A stretch of DNA of 61,575 bases. It comes from Craspedostauros australis (taxonomy: Eukaryota). Position 1 is the stretch's first letter. Every line of letters begins with the position of its first letter. Shown in pieces: positions 1 to 11,393 of the stretch. Where the stretch lies: the NCBI GenBank assembly GCA_030167865.1, contig JALAGF010005673.1, forward strand, positions 1-61,575. The letters run 5' to 3'. Position numbers and translations under genes: made by a program. The notes below the pieces were generated by a model. It did not search any database and was not told the DNA's origin. It worked only from the letters and a program-made list of their open reading frames with translations.

Positions 1-402
1 TTTCCTGGTAATTTCTGTGTATGGCACGTTGGCTGAAACCTCCATCGATGCAAGCACAGATTGCAGTTATACCGTTTCATCTCTCTCTCTCTCTCTCTTT
101 GTGTTGGTGTTGTTTGATGGATCATGGGCGCAACATCGAAGATTCGTTGTTTCAGGTGGCATCAAGAATTGTTGGCGCGTTCGGTAGATACTCGTCTGTC
201 TGTTGTCCGTCGTCGATTGCGCCTGAATGGAACCAGCTTGTGGCGTCTGCGAACACACAAAGCATCACCACTTTGGAGGACATCCATCAACGCAGTCGGA
301 CCAAACGAAAGCAGAGCGTACTGAGCTCTGCCCCCCAGAGAGAATGCGAGTATTGCGCTCATGTCATCACCACATTGACAAGCATCGGAAATTGACTGCA
401 CA

Positions 403-1442
403 ATGATGGATTATCTATTGGCTCTGTTGGGCCTCACGTTCTTCATTGTGATCACAAGCGCGGTGTTGCTGATTTATCCCATCATCTTCCCAAGGATAGT
501 GGAGTTCCCATGGAACATTCCGTCGAAGAAAGATCCGAGGACGGTGACGCTGGCAGGATCCTACAATCCGCCGCATCTGGGGCACATCGCGATGCTGCAG
601 CATCTTGCGAAAAGGTGAGTTGCTCCGGAGTTGATAGCAACTGCAATTGATTGAAGATCCGTCATTGATCGAGATCCTCTTCAAATCCCTGTCTTCTCAC
701 TTGCGTTATACCTTCACTCTCCTCCCGTATTGCTCCCCCATTGACTCAACCACACAATTTGGACCAGGCATGAGCGGGTTGTGGCGATCGTTGGATTCAA
801 TCAAAACAAGCAGTATGCAGTTTCGCCAACACAAAGGGTGGACCTCCTCCAAAGCATGCTGAAAGAGACATCGTCCGATGCTTCCATCACGGTGAAACGT
901 GAGTGAGCTGCGGACACGCGAACAGATCATGCTCTCGTCATGTGTTGATGATGACTTGGATCGAGCAGAGTACTCTGTTCTGCATTGAACGTCCCAACGC
1001 ATGCACAACTGTATCGCTCTCTTATCACGCATGCCCATTGCATTGCCTCATGTGTTGCATTTCTTTCTTTCTTCGCGGCGTGGTTGATTGTGTGCGCGCT
1101 GACGCAGTGGTCCACGGATACATATGGCGATACGCAAAGGCGAACAACATCTCCTTGTTCTACCGCGGCATTCGAAGCTGGGAGAAGGATGGTGAAGATG
1201 AGCGCGCTTTGCAGATTCTCAACACGTGGGGACCCATGTGCCTCGGCCCGCTGGTTTGGCCAATCCCCACGTATTACCTGGAAGGCGATCCAAAGTACAA
1301 CCACATTTCCTCGACACTGATACGGACGATCTGTTCCAAGAATGATGGTGACCAAAAGCAGCGGCAGAAGGAGTTGTCGAAATTGGTACCAGAGGGCGTG
1401 ACGTCAACGATTGCTCAATTCTATGGTGGGAAGCAAGATTGA
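403..1442 (+). CDS. coaD: Phosphopantetheine adenylyltransferase (bacterial CoaD-like) with N-terminal hydrophobic segment; 3 exons, ~225 aa
   Basis: Exons 403-614, 768-898 and 1108-1442 join in frame through GT-AG introns. Motifs GSYNPPHLGH (HxGH), VAIVGFNQNK, YRGIR and HISSTLIR match CoaD motifs. Confidence 0.8.
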
Positions 1443-2179
1443 CCGCGATGCTGTGCTGATTTTGGGCGAACGACTGTGTTGAATCGCACCCACTGATGCA
1501 GCACAAGCGTTGCGCAGACTTCAAATCGAAGCGCTTTCGTTTCTGTATGTCTTGCTGCGTCGAAGTATGCGTTTGGATGCTCCGCGAAAGACGATCCTCC
1601 ACTTCATTCAGTGTGGGAATGACCAAGATTTGACGTCCATCGTAAACAAGCATGTTGAACGATCGTCACAATTCTTTTGCTGTATTTCGACTATTCAACT
1701 CGATGCAGACTTCCCCATTCGCTCCAACATACTTGCAGTGTGCGAGCATGCCAACCAATGACAAAGAACAGATCAATTCAACATCCGTCCACTCGTGCAA
1801 GTAGTTTGCATGGCGTCCTGTGTTTCCCTTCTCCCACAGGAACGAAAGAGAAGGAACTTCTCTTGGCCAAATCGCCGCAATGATGTGCCATGCATGGTAT
1901 TTAACGGATACGAATCACGGGGTCTCTCTCTCTATTGTGCGTATCCCTTTACGACCGGAGCTTAACGCCTATAATCGGCACTAGAGAGCGGCCGAGTAGC
2001 CAACACTGCGATGGCAGAGCAAGAACTTGTTGCGCATTGCGCAGACCAAGAGAAATGCCAGGCCGTTTGTGCGAATACATCGTCACCTGTGCGTTTCCAT
2101 CCACTCATGCTTCAAAGCACTCAGCTGGACTCATGTAACAAGAGTACGGATATGTGCCATTGTTGTTCCATCCGGACAT

Positions 2180-5100
2180 CTACTTTATTCGCCACACCAA
2201 GTTCTTCACAGGTTGAGGACCGATTGTTGGGAAGTCTTCTGGCATTGGCTGGACGCGTTCGAGTCGAGCCGAGTGCAAACCGACGCTCTCGAGTCCCTTG
2301 CGACAATCTTTGGCGTACTTCAGTGGATTCAGGCCGGCGGAGTTGGTCGTCGTCCAAAGGAGACCGCCCTTCTTGACCAGCGGACCTGCCAGCGCCGCAA
2401 GTTCCGCCATGTCATTCTTGACGCTCCAACGACGCTTCTTCTTGCCAACGCTGGAGCTTGGAGGATCTACGATCACGATGTCGAACTTCTCGCCGCGCTT
2501 CGAGAGCTTCTCCAGCCATTCGAAGCAGTCCCCGTAGATGCAATCGTGCCTTTCATCGAATTCGATTCCGTTCAACTCCAGCTGCGGCTGTATCCGATCA
2601 AGCCATTTCTTGTTCAGGCTGTGGCGCGGGTGTGATTGTAGAGTGACACGTGCAATTGTGATGGCAGTGGTGGATTTCATTGCATGCAGTACGTATGCGA
2701 GAGGGTGAGACATTGTGAGAATGTGACCAAAAATGCAATGTTGCCACCTTGTTTGGAGAAGAACAACGATGATAGCAACGGCGAGGACACTGTGGCGATA
2801 ACGCAGGGAAAGAGAACGATCCAAGCGGACGGAACAATCAGAACGAAGACAACGACAACGACAACCCCACCTGGTTTACGGCCGCACGAGCAATCCTCGA
2901 CGCAAATGCAGAACTTACTCCATGCTCACGGTCGAAGCGCCGGCAGTGGCTGCGGCGATGCTGAATGCACCGCAATGGGCAAAGCAGTTGAGCACACGGG
3001 TGTCAGAATTGCAATTCTTGGTCAACCAACCGCGGTGAAGACGTTGGTCCAGGAAGATCCCCGTCGACAGGTCCTTGTCCATCGTTACAAGGTATTTCAC
3101 ACCATTTTCGGCAATCTCCACGACATCTGGTGCTGGCTTGCCCTCCAACAATCGCGGTCGGATACCTTGGGCCGATCCCATGCTGCTGCGGTCGGGACTG
3201 GCCGGTAGGTAGTACACACCAGCCGTGTATCCATCATGGATGGAGGGCAAGGGTCCTCTATACTCCCTCTCATCATGCTGCACGAGCAGCCAATCGCTGT
3301 ACCGATCCACGGTCCAACCAGGGAATCCATCCGCCGCACCGTTGATCTCGCGGTAGGCGGTTGTGCTTGGATTCAGTCGCAGCGAGTCTCGGCCCAAAAA
3401 TGACCCCTCGTTGAATTCATGCCCATCCCTCCTGTCCGCGAAGATGCTGATATCATCGGGTAAGAAGTCCAGCTTCAGCTGAATGTCTTCGTCCGCGACG
3501 AGACTCGACACGCTCATGGAATGGCAATGGATGAGGCGGCGTGGCGCACGTCGGTCCAAAGGATTCGCTTCGGGATCACCTCGAACACCATCATCGAACT
3601 GATCCTGCATGTGGCTGACGATGCTGCTGCAGGAGGATGGGGTTTCGGCGACAGTGATCTGAACCGACTGCACTACATCCTCGGTCCGTCCCTTGCGGAC
3701 CCTCCCCAAGCTCTCCAGCTCGACCATCTCCTTAGCAACCTTATGTGCTGCAGCGGGCGCCTGCTTCTGCGGTTTGGCGAGGTTATTTCCGTTACCGATC
3801 ACGGCGATGTACTCGGTGTAATCCACGAAGAGGTTGTCGGTGCAGGATTTGGGTGCCAGCAACACAATTCCAGAATCATCGACCGTGGTAGCACCTGCCA
3901 GAGCGGTCCAGAACTTGCCACCCTTGATGGGAATGCCCTCCTCCGCCTTCGTCTCCTTCAGCCAAGCCACGATGGATGGCCTTGGTGACAGCGCGAAGCT
4001 AGCACGGTTCGTTGTGCTCGCCTTGCGCGCCTGGATCCGCTTGAAGTTCGCTGCGGTCGTTTCGGTGATGCCTGTTCGTCCCCCGGCGTTCGCGTTTCCT
4101 CTCTGCTCTTTGTCGGAAGTACTCGTGCTGCCACCTTCACCCGCACTTGCGCTTGCAGCCTCGAGACCTATTTCTTCGCGTTCTTCCGGGGTGAGTGCTG
4201 CCAAGATATCCGCTTCGTTGAACTCCACGACGTCGTCGGGATCGAAGTCTTCCGCCTCAATCCCAGCCTCCTTGCGCTCCTCAGCCGTCATTTGCGACAC
4301 CTGATCGAAGCCATCCAGCAGAAAGTCATTGAAGCTGGAGGCATCTTCGCCGGCCGTTTCATCCACCACTGGACCTGCATTTTCGAACAACTCGTCACCT
4401 TTTGCCTTCCATTCGGCCACTTCCTCCGGTGTCATCATGGTCAGCACTTCACTTTCATCAAACTCCAGGGAATCCATACCGCCGCCGTCCTCCACAATAG
4501 TCACCTTGCGTTTGCGCCCAGGCTTGGACTTCTTCTTCGTTCCCATTGCGTCAGAATCGTCCGTCGCTTTGGCCTTCGATTTGGAAGGACTGTTGCTTCC
4601 CACGATGGCCCATCCGGCGGGCTTCTCGATGAGGTAGGCGAATGCAGCGCTGCCTGCACCATCCGACGCTCGGACCTGTCCCAGTATGCGCGGTTGTCTA
4701 TTTTCATCGATGGCTGGATCGCAGTGCTGATTGGCAGCAAGGATACCCAACTTACGTGCCTGGATCGTTGGATCGTTCTCCTCCTTGAGCTTTTTTAGCT
4801 CGTTCAGCTGCTGCGCGGCATCCGAAGTGCCGTCGCCGTCCTTGCTGTCTGGACTTAATTTACCCTCCTCCACCAATTGGTCCCGTTGCGCCTTGTACAA
4901 GTACTGCTGCTGCGGTTGCTCGACGCGCTTGCGTGTTCGGCGGCTCGTCTTCTTTCTCTTCTTCTTCTTCTGACCGGCTGGACGACCGTCAACGTATTTG
5001 GCCGGATTGCGCATAACTTCCTCGCGCAGATCGGCGATGGTGAATGCCTTGCCGGAGCCCTTGGAGCTCCCTCTCTTGCGATTGCCATTGCCATTACGAC

Positions 5101-5308
5101 CTCGCACGCCACCACCGTCTCTGGTCGCCGACAGGGCAAATGAAGATCTTGGTTGGCCTATGATCGGTGCGCGGTACCCTTGTGTTTGGACCGACGATTT
5201 TGTCGTCACGGGCTGGAATGCTTGAGAGGATCGCAAGACAGTCGCGAGCAAGATGCATCCGTACAGAACCGCCATCGCCCGGCATTGTGACGATGAAGTC
5301 GCTGCCAT
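2180..5308 (-). CDS. Probably plastid-targeted RlmI/RlmK-type SAM-dependent rRNA methyltransferase preceded by a degenerate RluA-like domain; 2 exons, ~942 aa
   Basis: Exons 5308-2919 and 2618-2180 (GTAAGT...CAG). RlmI-type motifs: YREINGAADGFPGWTVDRY, STGIFLDQR, VLNCFAHCGAFS, FDIVIVDPPS. Signal peptide ends SQA-FQP. Confidence 0.8.
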
Positions 5309-6370
5309 CTTGTTGCTCGTTGTTGTTTGCTTGTTGTAGAATAGTTGATGCGGTTATTGTTCTGATGACGGCTTCCAAGGGTAGTCGAACACTTTGTCTG
5401 CTCTGCTTTACTCTGATCGACTCTACTCCACTTGATCAATACGGCAACGTGTCGATGCCAGTTTGTGCTTTCTTTGGGATGTTGAGCCCGCCAGCACCTT
5501 CAATCGTCGCTCAGGTGTGTAGGTGGACGAGCACGACCTTGTCGAGTGAATGAATGGATCGGTGGCTGCCGCAGAAGAAATTGATGTGCCACCAACCCCA
5601 GCCATCGCAGCCATCGCGACCATCAACATGGAACAACACCATCATCGTTGCTTCTTTCCACGATTTCGCAATCTCGATTTTCGTTCCACTTTTTTCGTTG
5701 GTGCCTGTTGAGTCGAAGGGATCATCGGAAGCTTCAATGAAGCAGATTTTAGTCGTGCGACTCGACGAAGAGAAGTTCTGTTTGCGAAAAGAAGAAGCGG
5801 CGTCGGCCAATGACATCGCTCACCGAACGAGAATGTGGATCAAAGATCAACGATGATGGCGCCGTTTGAATTGTTCTTGTTTGGGCGGAAACCGTCTTTG
5901 ATGGTGATTGGTTGTTGTCATGATTGGGTATCTCCAAAGGTTGACACCAACACAAGAACAAACTGAGAGGGAGGTCCCGAATTTGATTTGCGATCTGTGT
6001 GAATGTTCTTTGTGCGTCTACTTCTTTCTTGATGCTCTGTTGTCATCACTCACCTCCGCATTTGACGTTGCCTATTCCCTTGAAGTTGATGTTGGCAATT
6101 GTTCTTGCGTTCTGCGAAGAGTTCGAAAGAAAAGGGAGCCTCGCTGCGGCTGCGATGTAGGAGAGGCTGCTTTGGCTTCGCCTCGTCTCATAACTCAGGG
6201 ATTGGCTGATCAATCGTGGACGACCTCATCGCCGTCATCATCAACACCACGAGCACGAACAGGAGCAACAGGGGGAACTCAAGCGCAAGATACCAGCACA
6301 TCTCTCCATCGAACGCACGCTCACATATTATACGATACAATACTACCAATCCAATTGCGACCAAGAGATC

Positions 6371-8240
6371 ATGGCTGTGGGTTCAAGAAACGGCGGCGGG
6401 GTGTCCGCCAAGCATCTCTTCATCTGCATGCTGCTCCATGCTGCAAAGAACGCGGATGGGTTCTCCACGCTGTCGTCCTTCACGCAGTCGCCAACTGCCG
6501 CCAACACGGTCAACGCACAACGCTGGCACACGAACGGGCGGACGCTCACGATGTACGGCGACCACGGCAGCACAGAGGATTTCAACGCATGGACCGTGCT
6601 GTCCACCACGGAGAAGTGGATCGCATCCACGCTGTCCAGCCTCAACAGCAGCACGCCATCTCCGAGTGGCAAGACAGCGTTCAACCGCAAGGAGATATCG
6701 TACGCCTGCGAATCCTACAACGACACGCCGATGATCGCGGCCGGTATCTTCCGTCGCGTCAAGGAGCTGCGTCAGGTCGGGGAGGAGCATGGTCATGAAC
6801 AGCAGGAAGACATGGAGAGGCTCAGCGAGCGGCAACGAGAAGATTACAGTGAGTATTGTCGACTTGGCTGTGCTTGCGATTGTGGTTGTGGTTGCTACTG
6901 CAATTGTTGTCGTTGCAACGGAATGAAATGGAATGGATGTGCACTACTTGGCTTATCGGCTATACTTCGAATGTATGCACTCACGCATGCGTGCGTGCGT
7001 TGCTCTGAGCGCGACTGTGTGCCGCCAATGGATACGGATGACCGCTGCATCAAAATATTGCGCATGGTGTTGCTCACCCGTCTTCAACATCATGAAAACC
7101 ATCACCTCGCAACTCTCACAACATTGATGACGTCAACGACAATCATCATGTCTATTTGAGACAGACCCACCCACCATCCGCCAAACGCAGGTAGTCGTCA
7201 TCCCCAGAGCCCAGTCATTGACGGAGCAATTCGACCCGTTCAACTCATTGATCGAACGGATCAACACGGCTCGTCGTCACGCGCGCGATTACGTCACCGA
7301 CATCATGCTCGACAAGATCGATGACGATACGACGGGTGTCGGGGGTGACTTGGACTGGTCCATCTCCGTCAGCTGCGCCCACATGCACCCGCGATTCGGC
7401 GAACGAACTCCTGAGCAGGAACTGGAGGATCTGCAGAGGGAGGAGGAAGAAGGCGAGGTCGATCTCAATTACAAGGCCTACCAGGAACGCAAGAAGAAGG
7501 CACGCCAGTCGCCCTACCCCACCATCGTCCTCGAGATGCGTGCCACGCCTGCCATCGACTTCAGCACGTCACCAGACGACGCAGATCATCCGCTGTCCGA
7601 TTCGCCGCCGCCGTCATCATCGCTGTCATCTGAGTCATCACAGTCATCGTCGGATTCAACGGATGGAGTGACCTCGGAGGATGTGCAGAAGCTGGAGGCG
7701 TTGTTTGGCAAGTCCGCAGCGCTCGAAAGCAAGGATTGCATCGACAACTCCAAAGAAGCAGAAGACGGTGCCAGTGAAGCAATCAAGCAGAAGAAGGATT
7801 CCTTGCACCAAAGGCTCAGTGACACACTGGAGGAGGTCAGCGCCTTGACTCCGATTCAATGGGCCCAGCACTGGATGTCCACGCACGACCCCAAACTCTT
7901 CGCGACCAACGAGAATGTCGTTGCAAGCTTCACCGACACTTCCACCGCCCACATCGACGCCGCATACGAATTCGTGTTCGTCAATTTGGCCATGCTGCTG
8001 GCGAGCGAGTCTGCCTGCGAGGAAGGCACCACGATGGTGCGACAGTACTTGGTGATGCCTCATTTCCTTTCCTGCGCTGCCACCAGCCTCGAAAAGTTCA
8101 AGGAGCAGGTGGAGATGATTTGGGAGGGGTGGCCCGAACTGCAGAGCAGGGAGGTTTCGTTGGAGGTCTTTCATCCGGAGCACATTGACGTCGATCGACG
8201 ATCGCCAATGCCCGTCCTCGTGATCGAGTTGGCTCTGTGA
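6371..8240 (+). CDS. Uncharacterised, probably plastid-targeted protein with two internally repeated DUF1415-like modules; 2 exons, ~517 aa
   Basis: Exons 6371-6848 and 7165-8240 (GTGAGT...CAG) join in frame. Signal peptide ends ADG-FSTLSS. Repeated motif sets HMHPRF...RQSPYPTIVLE and VFHPEH...RRSPMPVLVIE. Confidence 0.7.
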
Positions 8241-8755
8241 AGTGGCGTGACATCATGTGAAGCAAAATGAAGTGAGTTGCAGAAGTGTGGATTGGCGTGG
8301 TAGTGCGATAGTATGGTACGTATGAGCACGCACAAGCAACTCATGAATGTGCGACCGGAGAGGGGTACGAAACTGAAGAGGAGAGAGACCAATCCCTTCT
8401 TCTGCTTTCTAGAAAGATTGTAGAGTAAAGAGAGACAGCATTGCATTTATTGATATTCTGCCCATTGATCTCCGTTACCTGACCGTACGAGGTGGGTGGT
8501 CATAATGGAGTAGAGTGGATTACTCTTGGAAGGAAGTAGCGAACTGCCATGTCTCAATTTGTTGTTTTGGACGGGGGATGTCACGGACATCGCAATGTGG
8601 CTCTCCAGTCGGTCTCAGTTTCCTTGTCGATACCCTTCCCAGTTGTTGTATTTGCTGACCCGTCCTTCCAATCATTTCATTCGACGCGGTTACACAAAGG
8701 AGTACATACTTACATTGATTATTCTTGTCTTGTCAGCTGCGGGCCAAACGAACGT

Positions 8756-10502
8756 TCAATCTTCCAAACCCAATACCGTTTGAACCCATTCTGTCCAATG
8801 CAGGTCACCGAAAGCTGCATTCGCATTCACGTCCGCATCCGCCATGTTTGGCTTCGTCAATCCCATCGATTTGCCAGGCTCCAACACCACATCCAACAGA
8901 TAGAACGGTAATTGCGTTGCACCACCTCGCATCTTGAAGGCCAAATTGGAAATCTTGCTGCGTCGCACCCACAAGAAGTGGATGTACAAGCGAATGCAGA
9001 GGCACCGTTTCAGCGTGTCCATAAAGGATTGGCGGTTGGCTGTTGTGGAGAATGTGAATTCCACGAGCCCCTTGACGTAGTCGAGAGAGAGCAGCATGCC
9101 GACGAGGACTTCCATCACGAGGGACGCACGCGACACCAGCTTGGCGAGGATGGCTTGTCGTTCACTCGGTTTTGCCGAACGCCACGTATCTGCCGACACC
9201 ACCAGACTCATCGCGGCGTTGATGATGGATTGCGAGACGCTGAGGATGGGCGTGATGATGCTCGCCTCATTGCCAACCGTCGATAGCACCATGACATCCG
9301 AGAGAACGAGGAGGTTGGAGACGATTTCTCTAACCAAAACGGGTCCGATGAGCAGAGGTGGCAACCATGAGCGCTTCCACCACCATGCTTCGATGATCAT
9401 ATTTGGTGATGGCATCCAGAGCAACAGGAGGGCAGTGTAGAAGACGTACTGCGAGACAGGATCGAGCACCAGCTTCTCCATCCATTCTCTGGTTTGCGCA
9501 AGGCCAATCTTGGGCACCGCCTTGGCGGTCGATGCTGCTGCCGCCAGCAGCCCTGACACGTGCTTGACCATCGCAAAGATGAGGGTGCGACGCAGCAACG
9601 TCGGGCAGAGCTTGTCATTCTGCCGGAATACGAAGACGCCAAAACCCGACAGCATCGCCAACAGGCCGCAGGCACTCTGCAACCCGTGAGCACCTCCATG
9701 CGATTTGAGGAAGTAGTTTGCAATCACCGAAGACGTTGCCGCTTCCACTCCGCCACCCATATCCTCCAGTGCTCGTCGATCGGACGCTCCCAACGCCGCA
9801 CCGATCGAATTGACTGACAAGTCGATCCCGCTGAGGAACGGATCTTCCCTGCGAAGCACATCCGCTCTATCTCTGTTGAAATTGAATGGAATACGATGTA
9901 CAGCAGTAGTGTTGAATTCATGGTTCGCAATGAATAGATTGAGACCGCAGTCGCGGTTGAGTTTCAGGTTTGGTCGTGAACAAAGAGAGATAGAGATGAA
10001 GGTGAGACATTGTATTCCATCTCCGTTGGAGTGTCTGCGTATCTTCGAAGCATTCATCAGTGATCTGTTCCACCGACACTCAGATGTGCATGTGCGCGTC
10101 ATACACCCAATGCACCAACAGCATACAAATGCATATCGATTGGCGAGACTGGTGGCAAACTCACAGAATGGCATCCCCCAAAGCTTCAGCAGCATCCTTC
10201 TGTTTCAGCTTTTGATTGATTTCATCTTTCGGGCTCTTGCCATTGCTCTTCGAATCCACCTTCTTCTTTTTGTTTGCTGACTTCTTCTTGCTTCTTGATT
10301 TCGTCTTCGATTTCGTCTTCGATTTGCCCTTGGACGATGGCGCTCCACCACGCAGCCGCAACGTTGGCTGCAGCATCGTGGCTTCTTGATCATTGCGGAT
10401 GACAGACAGAGTCGCAGATGCCGCCACGGTCGCCGATCTCGTGGATGCCTGACACATGGTCAGCATCATCAGCGAAAGCAGCAATGTCAGGGGAGCCGCC
10501 AT
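8756..10502 (-). CDS. Uncharacterised multi-pass membrane protein with signal peptide and LRLRGG motif; 2 exons, ~484 aa
   Basis: Exons 10502-10165 and 9872-8756 (GTGAGT...CAG) join in frame. Hydrophobic N-terminus MAAPLTLLLSLMMLTMCQA, a Lys-rich segment and several hydrophobic stretches. Confidence 0.7.
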
Positions 10503-10640
10503 CCTTGATGTCGTTGCAGCCGCGCACTTGTTGGAGGGATCGATCATGATTGCTGTGCTGTGCCTTGTCCGAGTACGTGTAGTGTGCCGTGTCTTATGTT
10601 CTGCAGTATCTTGATTGCATCACACGCAAGCGATGTTGCT

Positions 10641-10691
10641 TGCTGTGCTGTGCTGTGCTGTGCTGTGCTGTGCTGTGCTGTGCTGTGCTGT
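10641..10691. repeat. (TGCTG)n pentanucleotide microsatellite, ~10 copies
   Basis: Directly visible tandem tgctgtgctg... upstream of the membrane-protein gene. Confidence 0.95.
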
Positions 10692-11393
10692 GTCGAGAAG
10701 GTGTCGGTGATGTCGCTGGTGTACTACGCGTACGAGTAGTATGAGCGCCTCTTGCTCGAGTGTTGATGTCTGTTGTGCGAGAGATGTCCATGCATCGGAA
10801 GAATGGATGATGCTGTCTCTTGTTGTGATGGTTGCTTGGTGATGATGTCTCTTGGTGATGATGGCGTTCGTGTTGTTGTTGTGTGAAGTTGGGGGGATGG
10901 CGAAAGATACGCTTCGTGTGAGGTCTCGTTTGTTCGGAACACTCCACTTGTCAAAAATTAATCTCGAGTCTATGCAAGTACCGTCGGTTTTCGTCCAACT
11001 CATGTCGGAGCGTTATAGGGACGTTGTTATTGATACACAACAAACACACCGGACTTTTTCCGTTCACACAACAACGGCCGCCAACGAGAAATGAACGATT
11101 GACTGTTGTTGTGGCTTGTCGGTTTTCGTCAAACGCGCTTTCGGCTCATGGCATGGTTTCTTCCACGATTTCGGTTCCGGGATGGGAAATGTCGGCACCA
11201 TGAGCTCGGTCACCACTGTCGCCAAAGCAGTGCATGTCCTTGTGAATGCGATAAGCTGATGGTCACGGGACAGCCACCAAAGTCATCCAACTCTCCAGAG
11301 TGTTGATGCAGAAAAGGAATCCACAGACGTTGCTGCAAGCGGAGGTCCATTGTTGCAATTGATGAGAAAGAACAAGTCGATACAAAGAGCAGC

